A DNA stretch of 37,601 nucleotides from assembly GCF_001194135.2 (NCBI RefSeq), contig NC_068986.1, forward strand, positions 997,501 to 1,035,101, read 5' to 3'. A program made the position numbers and the translations under genes. Below the pieces are notes generated by a model. It did no database searches and had not been told where the DNA came from. It worked only from the letters and a program-made list of their open reading frames with translations. Positions 1 through 11,221 of the stretch are shown piece after piece (the stretch's first letter is position 1; every line of letters starts with the position of its first letter). The stretch comes from Octopus bimaculoides (taxonomy: Eukaryota).

Positions 1-54
1 ATATATATATATATATATATATAATCATCATCATTTAACGTCTGTCATTTAACA

Positions 55-582
55 GACCGGGACCTTTGGAGATATGCAGTGATTGAGAAGACCTGGAAAC
101 TAAAGTGAGATTGCAGCCACGCATGTCCAGCCCTGTTAAGAATACCCCTGATGCGTTGGGTGATATGATATGCTTGAGAAGACCTGTTGAGTCTGGCTCC
201 TGTGTCAGTGACACGTAAAAAACATCATCCAAATGTGGTCGATACCAGGTCTGCCTGACTGGCTCCTGTGCTGGTGGCACATTAAAAGCACCAACCAGTC
301 GTGAGCAATGCCAGTATCCCTGACTGGCTCCTGTGCTGGTGGCATGTAAAAAGCACCATCTGAATGTGATCGTTGCCAGGCCTGCCTGACTGGCTTCTGT
401 ACCGGTGGCACATAAAAATCACTCACTACACTATCAGATTGGTTGGCGTTAGGAAGGGCATCCAGCTGTGGAATCATTTTCACATCAGATTGGAGCCTAG
501 TGCAGCCACTGGCTCTCCAGACGTCAATCAAACCATCCAACCCATACCAGCATGGAAAACGGACGTTAAACGATGATGATGA
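55..582 (+). mobile_element. 5'-truncated RTE LINE 3' end (ORF C-terminus, tandem-repeat 3'UTR, (GAT)n tail)
   Basis: 55-108 reads DRDLWRYAVIEKTWKLK*, matching the RTE DRxxWR terminus. Four ~65-bp units start at 193, 259, 324 and 390. Core gttaggaagggcatccagctg; ends gacgttaaacgatgatgatgat. Confidence 0.8.
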
Positions 583-1114
583 TTATTTCCAATTTCAAAG
601 CTCACAAGTCAGACTTTGGGTTAAATGTTATTTCAAATTTTAATTTAATATATGAAATAATCTACATTAAGAATAATGAATTTTATTTGATAATCTGGAA
701 CAGTCATTGATTTCGTCACTGGAGGTGTGTAAAAAATTATTACCGAAATTTACTTGGTGATTGGAACAAGAACTTGATGATGCTTTAATTTTGGTGGGTT
801 TTTTTTTTTTTTTTTTAACGTCTAATCAGTCTGGCTAACAGAAGAAGAAATTCTTTTATGAAGATTGAAATGTTAAGATGTAAATTATATTTTGTATCTC
901 CATTTCATGGGCTTGGTTGGAATGTCAAATGAAGCCTGCTCTTGTAGAACATCAGGTTGTTTATTACCTGATAACATGTATACCAAGCTATGTGATGAAA
1001 CCATGACAAAAGTTTTACACCTATTAATGTGATATGGGCTTATAATATTGTGTGAATATGTGGACAATGTTAAATTATAAGAATGTTTTATAAATTTTGC
1101 ACATAAATTAGCTG

Positions 1115-1290
1115 TAGTTATGGTTGTATGGTTATGAACAGTTTGCAACCATGTGGTTTTGGGTTTCATCCCCTGTGTGGCACATTGGACAAATGTTTTC
1201 TATAGCCTCAGGCCAACCAATGGGTTATGAGTTGAATTTGGTAGAAGGAAACTATATTAGAGCCTGTCATGTTTGTGTGTGTGTGTATAC
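1115..1290 (+). mobile_element. tRNA-type SINE head, degenerate
   Basis: gcaaccatgtggttttgggtttcatcccctgtgtggcacattggacaaatg...tatagcctcaggccaaccaa is shared with about 10 other copies in the window; ends in (TG)n. Confidence 0.7.
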
Positions 1291-1334
1291 ACACATACAC
1301 ACTCCGCTCTCATTCGAAACAGCGGCTGCATGTT

Positions 1335-1480
1335 GGAAGAGGCCCCACACCAGATGACTGAATGTGATTAAGATCTTCAGAGGCTTAATGTCACCTTGGA
1401 GGTTGTAGAGGGTCTGGTCAGCTCTGCACATGACGACGCCTCTGGGGTCACTAATTTGGAATGACTCCTGCCCCATCAAG
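1335..1480 (+). mobile_element. Degenerate RTE-like LINE C-terminal coding remnant
   Basis: Across frameshifts it reads GRGP / TR*LNVIK / DLQRLNVTLEVVEGL / RRLWG, resembling the RTE GRGRPxxxWxDxxxxDL...DRxxWR terminus. Confidence 0.45.
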
Positions 1481-2354
1481 CAAGAGCATGAAGCAAAGAA
1501 GTGAAGTAAGAACACACTCCACTCTCCATTCTAATATGAGATGCGACTAAAACTTTGGGTTAGACTAGCATGCAGAATATGAGCCAAATAATAATAATAG
1601 CATATAGAAAAACAGGATGCTATTCAGTAATTTATAGGACAGGCATTTTTCAGCAAAATCTTGAAATAATTATCTAACAGTGGGATTCTGATGAAATGAA
1701 GTGCAAGATTGCATAATGTTTCTACAACTGTTATGTAATTGTTTCAGCATTTTGATGAAACAAGTGTATGTCCTATAAAACATTGATTACCATACCTGTT
1801 TTCTATATTATATATACATACACACACAAACACAATGTGTGTACATATGTGAATTTCTTTTTTTCATGTCTTCACAATGACCTTGAGTAAAATGATGATG
1901 TGTTTGTGCTCGGCAGTTTTATTGGTTTCAACATAGGAAGACCAGTGTAGCAAATACTTTACTTGAAAACAAATAGTTACAAAGAAGAGTATCTGGCTGC
2001 AGATTGCTGCCTCAGTAAGTGTTGTTCAGCCCTTGCCAACTTAAAAAATGTGGCTGTAAGAATGGAATGATATACATTTGGATTAAGACTTCTACTCCAT
2101 AGAATCCTTTTATATAAGTTAAATGATAATTTTTTTTCTATTCAAATATGCTTTCCGATTTATCACAAAAATATTGAAATCTTATTAGTTTATATACTAA
2201 TCTACAGATGGAATTCATTATTAGAAAATGGACAGCAAATGTATCAAAATCACATCAATTGCTTTTTCTTCACTTTTCATCCTGTAGTTCTCAGACAGAA
2301 CAGCAGAATAGAGAAGTAACATGTAAAACTTGCTAATGAGGATGCCTATGTGTG

Positions 2355-2480
2355 TTTGTAATAGCAGTCAAATTTCTTTTAACTTAACATCCTATCATCT
2401 TATAAAAAAAATGTAGTCATGCTTATTCGAAGTGATATAGTTTGCTCTAGCAGAGCTGACCTGGTGCTAAACAATAATTT
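2355..2480 (+). mobile_element. Short interspersed repeat of the same family as 24045-24235
   Basis: Shares aatagcagtcaaatt and the end cagagctgacctggtgctaaaca with the 24045 copy. Confidence 0.45.
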
Positions 2481-3210
2481 GCTATATTTCACCTCAAACA
2501 ATGAAACATTGCAGTATGTTAGACAAGACTAAATGAAGCATGACTTGTGGTTTTTTGAACCACTCCCAAATATATGATCAGTAAAATCTATGCTATAGAT
2601 CTGCTTGATTAGAATTGATTAGGGATACTTAACTAAAAACAATATTAAAAACTAATACAAAAATATAAGTCATATCATGAGTTGATTGTTAACTCTTGTT
2701 TTGTCACCTTAGTAAACTTTAAGTGCACAAATAATCTGATGTGAAGAGTCTGCTGAAACTAATCTCTGAGTAACCAAACTATCTGACGTTACCTCTGGAA
2801 TGTTTCAACTGAAATATTTGACAGTGGTGAAGGGTTTAGCTTTTTCTCTTACCTTAGCCTGCCTGACCTAACATTGTAATTGTGGTTTTCATTGCAGTGA
2901 GTTTAATTTGCAAGGATCTATTTCTGCTTCTGACTAACCCAGATAAGCTTATTTATTACTGACACATACCTATAATATTTAAATTTATGTACTTCTCTGG
3001 CTTCTGAACTTTGACTGTTTAAATCTCCTTATTCAAATTGGCACCACTCATAACTAAATGGATAAGGTCTATAAACCTTCAGAAAGTAGTTTACTTTGTT
3101 ATGTTTTACAGTTCTTCATTTATTTTTAAATTTTGCATAGGGGAAAATCTTTTGAAGGAGGTCATAGGCTTTGTGAATGTAAATGTGTGTGTGTGTGTGT
3201 GTGTTACATA

Positions 3211-3785
3211 ATTGTAGGCATGACTGTGTGGTTAAGTTCAGGATTTTCAAGCGAGATCGTTGCCAGTGCCCATGGACTGGCTCTTGTGCGGGTGACACAT
3301 GAAATGCACCATTTTGAGCGTGACCGTTGCCAGTGCCGCCTGGCTGGCCTCCGTGGGATTTTCGAGCAAGATCGTTGCCAGTGCCCCTGGACTGGCTCTT
3401 GTGCGGGTGGCACATAAAATGCACCATTTTGAGCGTGGCCGTTGCCAGTACCGCCTGACTGGCCTTCGTGCGGGTGACACGTAAAAGCACCCACTACACT
3501 CTCTGAGTGGTTGGCGTTAGGAAGGGCATCCAGCTGTAGAAACTCTGCCAAATCAGATTGGAGCCTGGTGTAGCCATCTGGTTTCACCAGTCCTCAGTCA
3601 AATCATCCAACCCATGCTAGCATGGAAAGCGGATGTTAAACGATGATGATGATGATGAAGGTTCAAGCCAGCTATGTGGCACCTTGGATAAGTGTATTCT
3701 GTTGTAGCCTTGAGTTGACCAGTGTCTTGTGAGTAAAATTTGGTTGAGAGAAAACTATGTAAAACCATTATATGTATGTATACAT
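3211..3785 (+). mobile_element. tRNA-type SINE head split by the RTE fragment (pieces 3211-3240 and 3658-3785)
   Basis: gtaggcatgactgtgtggttaag lies before the insert and ggttcaagccagctatgtggcaccttggataagtg after it, colinear with the intact head at 6122. Confidence 0.6.
3241..3657 (+). mobile_element. RTE LINE 3'UTR fragment with (GAT)n tail, inserted into a SINE head
   Basis: Internal 115-bp duplication (starts at 3241 and 3356), core aggaagggcatccagctgtagaaac, palindrome ccatgctagcatgg at 3612-3625, (GAT)n tail. Confidence 0.85.
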
Positions 3786-4109
3786 ATGTATTTGCTTTAG
3801 CGAATGAATGTACCTTACTTGGAAGCAAGTGTTGATATCAGGAAAGGAATCCAGCCATAGTATACTACCTCGAGACATTTTATCCTGCATACGCAACAAA
3901 TATGGAGACTGGATATAAAAATGATGACAGTGCCATGGCAGTTTATGGCCACAAAATGAATGTCAAGGATTCTATGTTGCCTTCAGTCAACATAACAATA
4001 TCTACACTATCATATACAGTGAACTTCCAAAATATGTAGCGTACTTTTATAAGAGTGTTATGTTGGTTGAAGTAGTAGTTTGCTCTTTTTAATGCTAGCT
4101 TTTTGTGTT

Positions 4110-4275
4110 CAAGTAAGGTACTTTAATGCACATCTTCACACACCAAGCCACTGCTGGATATTTTGTCTCTGTGCTACATAAATGTTACCTGTTTAAGCAG
4201 CGTCAATGTGAAGACACACATGAGAGAGACAGGCCAAGGAATATTTGTGCAGTAATTATTGAACTCAGACTGAAA
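4110..4275 (+). mobile_element. Penelope-like element GIY-YIG endonuclease remnant
   Basis: YLFKQRQCEDTHERDRPRNICAVIIEL matches the spacing of YxFxCxxCxxxYIGETxRNLxxRIxEH; upstream DILS..NV resembles KDVLP..NV. Confidence 0.5.
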
Positions 4276-5269
4276 ATATTGGACCTTACAGATAAATATC
4301 AGAGTAAAGAGTTAGACAACAGGCCTATACAACCTAGGCTAGAATGAATAAACATATATTAGATTGTAATGAGGATTAAGCTACTGGAAGAGACAGATTA
4401 ACTTAGCCCTATGTTTCATGCTGCAATTTAACAACCTTACTTGATTAGCATTTTTGCTAACAACTGAAAACCTACCTCAAATAAGCAACTGTCTGTCCCA
4501 TTTAGATGCACGTTGACATTCCTAGCAAGTTGAGGTTTGGTGGTAAAGAAAGGTGTTAATTTTCATTGGGGGATGTAATAAAACTTTAAAACAAACGATT
4601 GATATTTTTGTCATCTATGAAGTGCGTTATTTTGGCAGTGAATGCCTAAAAAGAAAGTGGTTATAACACATGTATGTCATCTTGATGGAACTCTTCCATC
4701 ATGTGTTGCAGAATAACATAGAAAATAGCAGCAATAGTGGTAGCTAATGCATCATTAATTGTTGGTGCTGCTGTAGGATGGCATCGGTGGTGTTCCCATT
4801 GATAATTTGAACGATCCAGAAACGTCTGTTAGAAGTTTAAATAACACAGTTGAAATTATGTAAGCTGTATTTGAGAGGGAAATTAGTCTTTCAAGTTGCA
4901 GCTAAATGCAAATAATTTAGCTTAAGTAATGTTTAGCTTCACAAGTTGACAAATATCGATGTGCAGCTGTTGTCTGTGAGAAATTTGTCTAATCTGGCAA
5001 GGTTTTTATAACCTTATTTTCAAAGTGTTGACTATCTCCATGGTTATTTTGTTTAGTTGCATTCCAGCTCAGTTCACATTCACTGATAGTTCTCCACACA
5101 AATTGTTTTCTATAGGTGAACTACTTCATGGACAATACATACAGCGTTTAGTTTTAATCAATATTATTGATTAGTATAAAACCAAATGTCATATTTGAGT
5201 AAACTAAAAACCTTATGAAGCTTGTCCTTTGTTTTCTAAACACAAGATTTATTCATTTGTTCATTTTTA

Positions 5270-5375
5270 CATCCATTCTTCTGTGCTAGCATGGATTGGA
5301 TGAATACTTATTGGACATTGTTTTTATGGTTAGATGCTTTTCTGTTGTTAACCCTTACCTGTTTTTCAAGTAAGG
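5270..5375 (-). mobile_element. Degenerate SINE/RTE-type 3' tail
   Basis: gctagcatggattggatg...aacccttacctgtttttcaagtaagg resembles the tails at 24258-24370 and 18749-18848. Confidence 0.5.
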
Positions 5376-6121
5376 GATTTTTTTTTATTCCACATGTTTT
5401 TCAAAGTGAAGAACTAGAGGATTGATTAGTTGACGAGGAATTCCAATACAGCATTCAGTCTTTTGTTCAGTGCTTTCGTGTCGGGATGCAGAGTGTAAAC
5501 ATTCACATCTATACTTACTTTGGTCCCTGTACAAATTCTGTCTCTCAGTTCCACAAACATTATAACATAATCGATAACAAAAGTCTGAGCAAAATATGAG
5601 ATTCATTTAAGAGCAAGTTTAGAGTTTATTTCTGTCTTCTTTTTTATTTTAATTATAACTGTAACATTCTAATAATTCACTCATACCTATTTCTTACAAA
5701 TTTTACTTTAAAAAAACAAAAATGCTTTTATATTAGTTTGTTTTTTAAATTTTTTTTTTAAGTACCTAAATCAGTTTTCAGAACTATATTCTAATATGTT
5801 AGAAAATCATACTGAAACAGTTTCTCACAGAAATTCAGACAAGCTGAAAGCTACTAATTTTGTCTACAACAAAACTGTCTTGAAAGTCGGTGGCTCAGAG
5901 ATGAAAGCCAATATTTCAATATTTTAATATACTTTAGAGACTACAGTTTCATATTAAACTCTTTGACAATAGCATTTATATTTGGAATTTTTTATAATTT
6001 TAACAGTGGTGTACCAGAAAATTTAAAGATGTTTCAAAGCCTTAAATTTACAAATCTATTTATGGAGATTTGTATGAATTTATGAAGAGTTTGATAGTGT
6101 GTTTGTGTGTGTGTGTGTGCG

Positions 6122-6505
6122 TGTAGGCAAGGCTGTGTGATTAAGAAGTTCACTTTGCAGCCATGTGGTTTCAGGTTCAGTCCTGTTGCATAGTACCTTA
6201 AGCAAATGTCTTCTACTATAGCTCTGGGTGACCAATGTATTGTGATTGGATTTCTTAAATGGGAACTGTATGGAATTGTCACATGTGTGTGTGCATTTTT
6301 GTGTTTGTCCCTCACTGTTTGACGATGTTGGTTTATGTCCCTATGACTTAACAGTTTGGCAAGAAAAGATTAATAGAATAAATGGATAAATGCTAGATTA
6401 AAAAATTGGCTGCTTGGGTCATTTGATTGACTAAACCTTTCAAGGCGATGCCCCCCCAACATGTCTAACCATAGTCCAATGTCTTAAACAAGCGAAAGGA
6501 AATGT
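6122..6505 (+). mobile_element. Near full-length tRNA-type SINE (head, TG spacer, central domain, tail type A)
   Basis: Head ggctgtgtgattaagaagttcac...ggttcagtcc; centre tttgtccctc...gacttaacagtttggcaag; tail ttcaaggcgatgccccccaacatg...aaacaagcgaaagg; reverse-complement match to 29685-30025. Confidence 0.75.
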
Positions 6506-7707
6506 ATAAAAGAGAAGAAAGTAGATAAATGTTTAACTATTCTTTGCCTCTTAAGTGCTTCTATATATTTCCTAATTATATGAAAGTCTCTAAGTTGCTC
6601 TCGGTAGATTGTTGATTTAGATGTTAATGACTTTGTAGCCTTTGACATATTTAAAGTGGTAGTTACGATTCATTTGGTAAGAAGTTTGGATCAAAGGAAC
6701 AATGCTACTATTCTGGTAGCTGTCATAAGCAGTATGTGTGCTTGTGTAAAGGAACGGTGATTGTATTAGTGTTCATTAGTCTCGAAAGACTATGGATTTG
6801 GATTCTAAAGTGTGTTCTTCTATGTACAGGTCTGGACAGGTTAGTATGGAGAGCTGACTGTTGTTCAAACTGCCATGGTCTTCTCTCTACATTGCTAATG
6901 TAGACTCAGAGACCAATTACTAATACACCTATGTACCAGTGTTGCTGCAGCTGTTGCCAGAAAAATGTCATAAATAATATTGACTGCTTGACAGACACCA
7001 TTTTTGATTTGATCTGATATCTTATAAAGTAAGCTGTTTAAAGCAGTTAGAACCACAGTGTGGCTCTAATGGACAAATGGCGTTAAGACAGTTGTAGGTT
7101 TCTAGTCTGAAGCTAAATACTGCCTGTCAGTTTTTAAAATGTTTTATTATTGTGAGTCATTACTATCATAGGATAACCTTTTTCAACTAGGTTGGGTCAT
7201 TTGAATTCAAGTTGTTTTGGCTCGGAGCATAACTCACTGCCAACAACATTAGAGGGACTGCTAGCCTTCTGGTTGTCTGGTTCTCTTACAAATTGGTTAC
7301 TACCAGCAGGCAATCACTTGCTGTAAGGTGAGTTAACTTTGAGGGTACCCCTGTTTGAAACCGATCTGGGACAATATGGCAGCAAGTGGTGATCTCTGAT
7401 AGAGTATTGTATGTTACAGTCAAAATTGTGAGGAATAATACTCTTCTGTGCTTGTAGACACTTGAAAAACAGATTTTGGAGTTCAATTTCTATCTACTTC
7501 TTGTTTGCTGCTGCTGCTGAACAGGAAGTGAATAGTAAATACCATTTTAAATGATTATGCCTGCAATTTAGAAATTTAAATGATTAGAATAGCTAAATAT
7601 TATCTATAATGCATATTTTTTTCTTTCTCAGATGTAACATGTCATTAGGTTTGTACCTAATGTTTCTTTACACTGCTATGGACTGGATTTAATATTTGTA
7701 ATTTGTC

Positions 7708-7757
7708 CCACCCATGCCAGCATGGAATGCGGATGTTAAACAACAACAATGATGATG
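7708..7757 (+). mobile_element. Short RTE/SINE 3' tail
   Basis: cccatgccagcatggaatgcggatgttaaacaacaacaatgatgatg. Confidence 0.6.
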
Positions 7758-7760
7758 AAT

Positions 7761-7997
7761 ATATTTCACGTTGCTCCAGTTCACTCAGCTGTAGAAATGA
7801 GTTCCAACATCACTGGTGCCAAGCTGTATCGGCCCCTTTGCCTTTCACTTGGCTAACTTTGATGGCATAGAGAGGGGAGGCTGGTATGCATGGATGGATG
7901 CTGGTCTTCCATAAACAACTTCGCTCGGACTTGTGCCTTGGAGGGGAACTTTCTTGGTGCAGTCCCATGGTTATTCATGACCGAAGGGGGTCTTTAC
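7761..7997 (+). mobile_element. Second SINE-like family, 3' part
   Basis: tttcacgttgctccagttcactcagctg matches tttcacattgctccaccatctcatccag at about 20920; ends at a compound microsatellite. Confidence 0.5.
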
Positions 7998-8005
7998 TCT
8001 CTCTT

Positions 8006-8063
<58 letters not shown>
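7998..8063. repeat. Compound microsatellite (CT)n(AT)n(GT)n
   Basis: Directly visible. Confidence 0.9.
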
Positions 8064-8066
<3 letters not shown>

Positions 8067-8311
8067 CCACATATACATACAAGCAAAAGGTTTTGAGTAA
8101 CTTTGAGATTTTGTCATGTGCCTGATTCTTTGATCAGTCTGTTGAAGCAAACAAACAGCAGAACTCTAAAGTTACTATTAATCCTTTTCCTTGTAAAAAA
8201 GAAGTGATCCTTCAGTTAATGTTTGGTTGTCTTTATTTGTAAAAGAAAAAAAAACCCGCACATTAATATTAAATTATGTAGTAAATTGAGTATTTTTTTT
8301 TTTTATTTCAG

Positions 8312-8416
8312 AGCCGTTCAGAAACAGTTGATTTATCCACAGACTCGTCCCTTGTTGTTGATATTTCAGATGCTCTTAGTGAAAGAGACAAAGTAAAGTT
8401 TACTGTCCATACAAAG
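8312..8416 (+). CDS. SNX6: SNX6 exon (first found): [35 protein letters not shown]
   Basis: Acceptor tttcag, donor AAG|gtaagt, 105 nt, phase 0/0. Confidence 0.95.
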
Positions 8417-11188
8417 GTAAGTCTGAAGTATTTTGGGTTTTCCAAATGAGAATGTTATGTTCATTTTCCTAAAGTGAACTATTAAAATATACCCTTTGTT
8501 TTCTTTCATAAATCAATGATTCTTCACTTTTTAACACGAGTTTATATCTCTTATAATCAATATTACTTTGAAAAGAAAAGGAAAAAAAAAATTATTGTTG
8601 CACATTTCTAAAGAACAAGTTATGTAACTGTTTTGGGTTTTTTTTATATCAACTACATTAAATCAATAAAAATTACTGCATAAAATATCAGATATTTATG
8701 AAAAAAGATGGCTTCAGGTACTGACTGGTAAAATCTTCACTTACACTAGTGTTGTAACTGAAGAAAAATACTAAAATGAATTATCGCATATTAATATGCA
8801 TCACACACTCAGATTGAGTTGGTTAGTAAGAATAAGCTGAAGCCTTAGGAAAATGGCAGACTTAATATTTTAGATAACTTACTGAACTCACAAGAAATCT
8901 AATATAATTTTCATCCTAATTGATTATTGGGAATTCAAAACCATTTTATTTCGCATCAGTGTAATGTAGAATAAGTGTTAACTAAAAACAATAATAATGT
9001 TAGATGAAAAGAAAATTTTAACTGATAATATCATCGTTTCAATGTTCACTTGTGTCTGCTTGCATGAGTCAGATTTTTATACAGGCAGGTGCACTTCCTT
9101 TCACCAACCCTCGCCTGTCGCTAAGCAAAGCAATATTTCCCCATGTTTGGTTATCTATTCACGTAAGATTGGGTAAGAAGGACACTGCTTGTATGATAGT
9201 AATACTTGTTTACAACTACACCCTGAACATGCACGCCCTCCCCCCCTCCACACACACACACACCATGTGTGTGCATGCACATACATACACACATATATAA
9301 TGAGCTTCTTTCAGAATCTGTCTACCCAAATCCACTATACACAAAGCTTTGGTCATTCTGGGGCCATAATGGAAGACACTTGTCCAAAATGTCACAATGT
9401 GGGATTGAAAGCTATGCACTTGGCAAGTGAACTTCTCAATTACACAACTATACCTGTAAAATGCTAGAAAATATGGATATATAAATATGATGATAAAGAG
9501 ATGAAAGATAAGTTATATTACAAGGGGGGGAAAAATCAATTTTTGATCATATTTTATTCATCTATTAATAAGGGTTTAATATATGATAACTTCAAAATTT
9601 GCAAAAACACGAGAAACATTGAGTGACTGATTTTACATTTAGTGGGAGATTATGATGTTAGGATAAATTTGCTGAGAAAAAAAAAAATTGAAATAAGTTT
9701 GGTAGTTCATTTTCTCCATTGTTTAACAATAGAGATTTATTCATCTATGATCTTTGATTTTCTGAAAAATCAATATCAGACTTGGCATTCATATATGTGA
9801 ACTATATATTATATTTTTGCAAAAAAAAGCCTTTGAAATTATTTTCTTCCAAGAACTTTTATTGCAGTAGACATTCTTCAATAATTTTGAATTGAAAAAA
9901 TTTTCAACAAATCTATTTAAAAGAAAATTTTGCTTGTATGGAGTAGAATGTTATGTAAATGAAGTATGTTGGAATTAATTTCATTAAAACAATATCCTAT
10001 GATTTTTTTTTTTTTTTTGAGGTGTATTTGTCAGGCAAGTGATTTGATCTGAGACTCTGTTGAAACTAAAACGATTACAGCATGGAAGATACATAACAGC
10101 CATTACAAAGGCTGTTTACTTCACTTAAACATTATTTAGTGTCAAAGTTTTCATTGCACCAACTCACCCTTGTTACTTGATTCTGACCAGGTCACAGTTG
10201 GGTAACAAAAATTTTGATACCAAATAATAGATGTTTAAGTGAAATTAACCCTCTTTGTGCATTTTTGACTGTTTAATGTGTCATCCCATGCAACAACTGA
10301 ATTTTCTATGATGATTTCAAAAATGATTTGTGTGTGATCTTTGGTCTGGGATTAAGAAATTAGCTTTGCAACCATGTGGTTTCTGCATTGATCCCTCTGT
10401 GATGGCACCTTAGTCAATGACTTCTCTATCCTCAGTTTGACCAATGCCCTGTGAGTGGAAAGTAAGGTAAATTAACAAAATTGATCTATAATTAAGGTGT
10501 CTGTATCAAATCTCTCTAAAAAGGGAGGAGATGGGATTAGACCTATCAAATCGGCTAGTTTTTCGTTACCAGCTGGTTCGTTGGTTCCGTCAAGAGAGTT
10601 TGCTGGTTGCAAGCATTCAGACCATGGGTTTTTCCAGCAATTGTTCATGCTGCATGACAACTGTTTGAGCAAAAAACAAAATCTGTAGAATCTCACACTC
10701 TCCCCCAAAACAGAATGGTGTTCACCCAGCAGTGCTATTCTTGCATCTCTGTTTCTCCTCTGTGTCAACTATTTTGTTTGGCTCAAATTGAAAATAGAGG
10801 GAAGCTCACCCAGTTTTTTTTTTTTTTCTATTTACATAAGCTTATCTTTTGTGTTGTCCAGGCCATACCAGCGTGGAAAGTGGTTGTTAAATGACAACGA
10901 TGTTTATCTAGAGAAGTATAGGATAAAACCTTTGGTTATATAAGTTTTCAGTCATATAAAATGTTCCTCAATTTTACTTTTTAGAGCATGACACAAAATT
11001 ATCTGGTTTAATTATATTTAATCTTAGATTCCCAAGGGTGTTGAATTCTAGCTTTAGATCAAGTTGGTTTTGTAATTTGGGAAAAAAAATGTTCCTCAGT
11101 TCAATTTTAGTGGTTTTAAAATCAGTCGAAAGACCAGACTAAATTCAATCTCTAACTTCCCCACCTCTTTTCCTCCTCACCTAGTCCT

Positions 11189-11221
<33 letters not shown>

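Noticed and set aside
35-643. Overlapping short ORFs (MPPAQEPVR..., MALGRASS...), with look-alikes at 3116-3587, 13103-13315 and 29200-29713
   Set aside because: They are translations of RTE 3'UTR repeats. The recurring peptides reflect repeat copies, not a gene family.
1631-1779. 11-bp perfect inverted repeat tttataggaca/tgtcctataaa
   Set aside because: Several such matches are expected by chance in 37 kb of AT-rich DNA, and there is no convincing TSD.
2208-2240. cag|ATGGAATTC... as a possible SNX6 first coding exon
   Set aside because: Weak donor (gtatca) and no resemblance to SNX5/6 N-termini.
4600-4860. Possible Penelope RT motifs (MGTPPMPSY, a WKR..DDI-like string) on the minus strand
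   Set aside because: Requires several ad hoc frameshifts, and equally weak readings exist on the plus strand.
6700-7500. Possible decayed LINE endonuclease on the minus strand (FRLETYNC)
   Set aside because: One loose motif only, with no supporting GDFN/DY/DH motifs found.
10472-10768. 98-aa minus ORF and plus-strand [10 protein letters not shown] (similar to CRE/L1 GGLGIR)
   Set aside because: A single short motif with no splice or context support; at best unclassifiable transposon debris.
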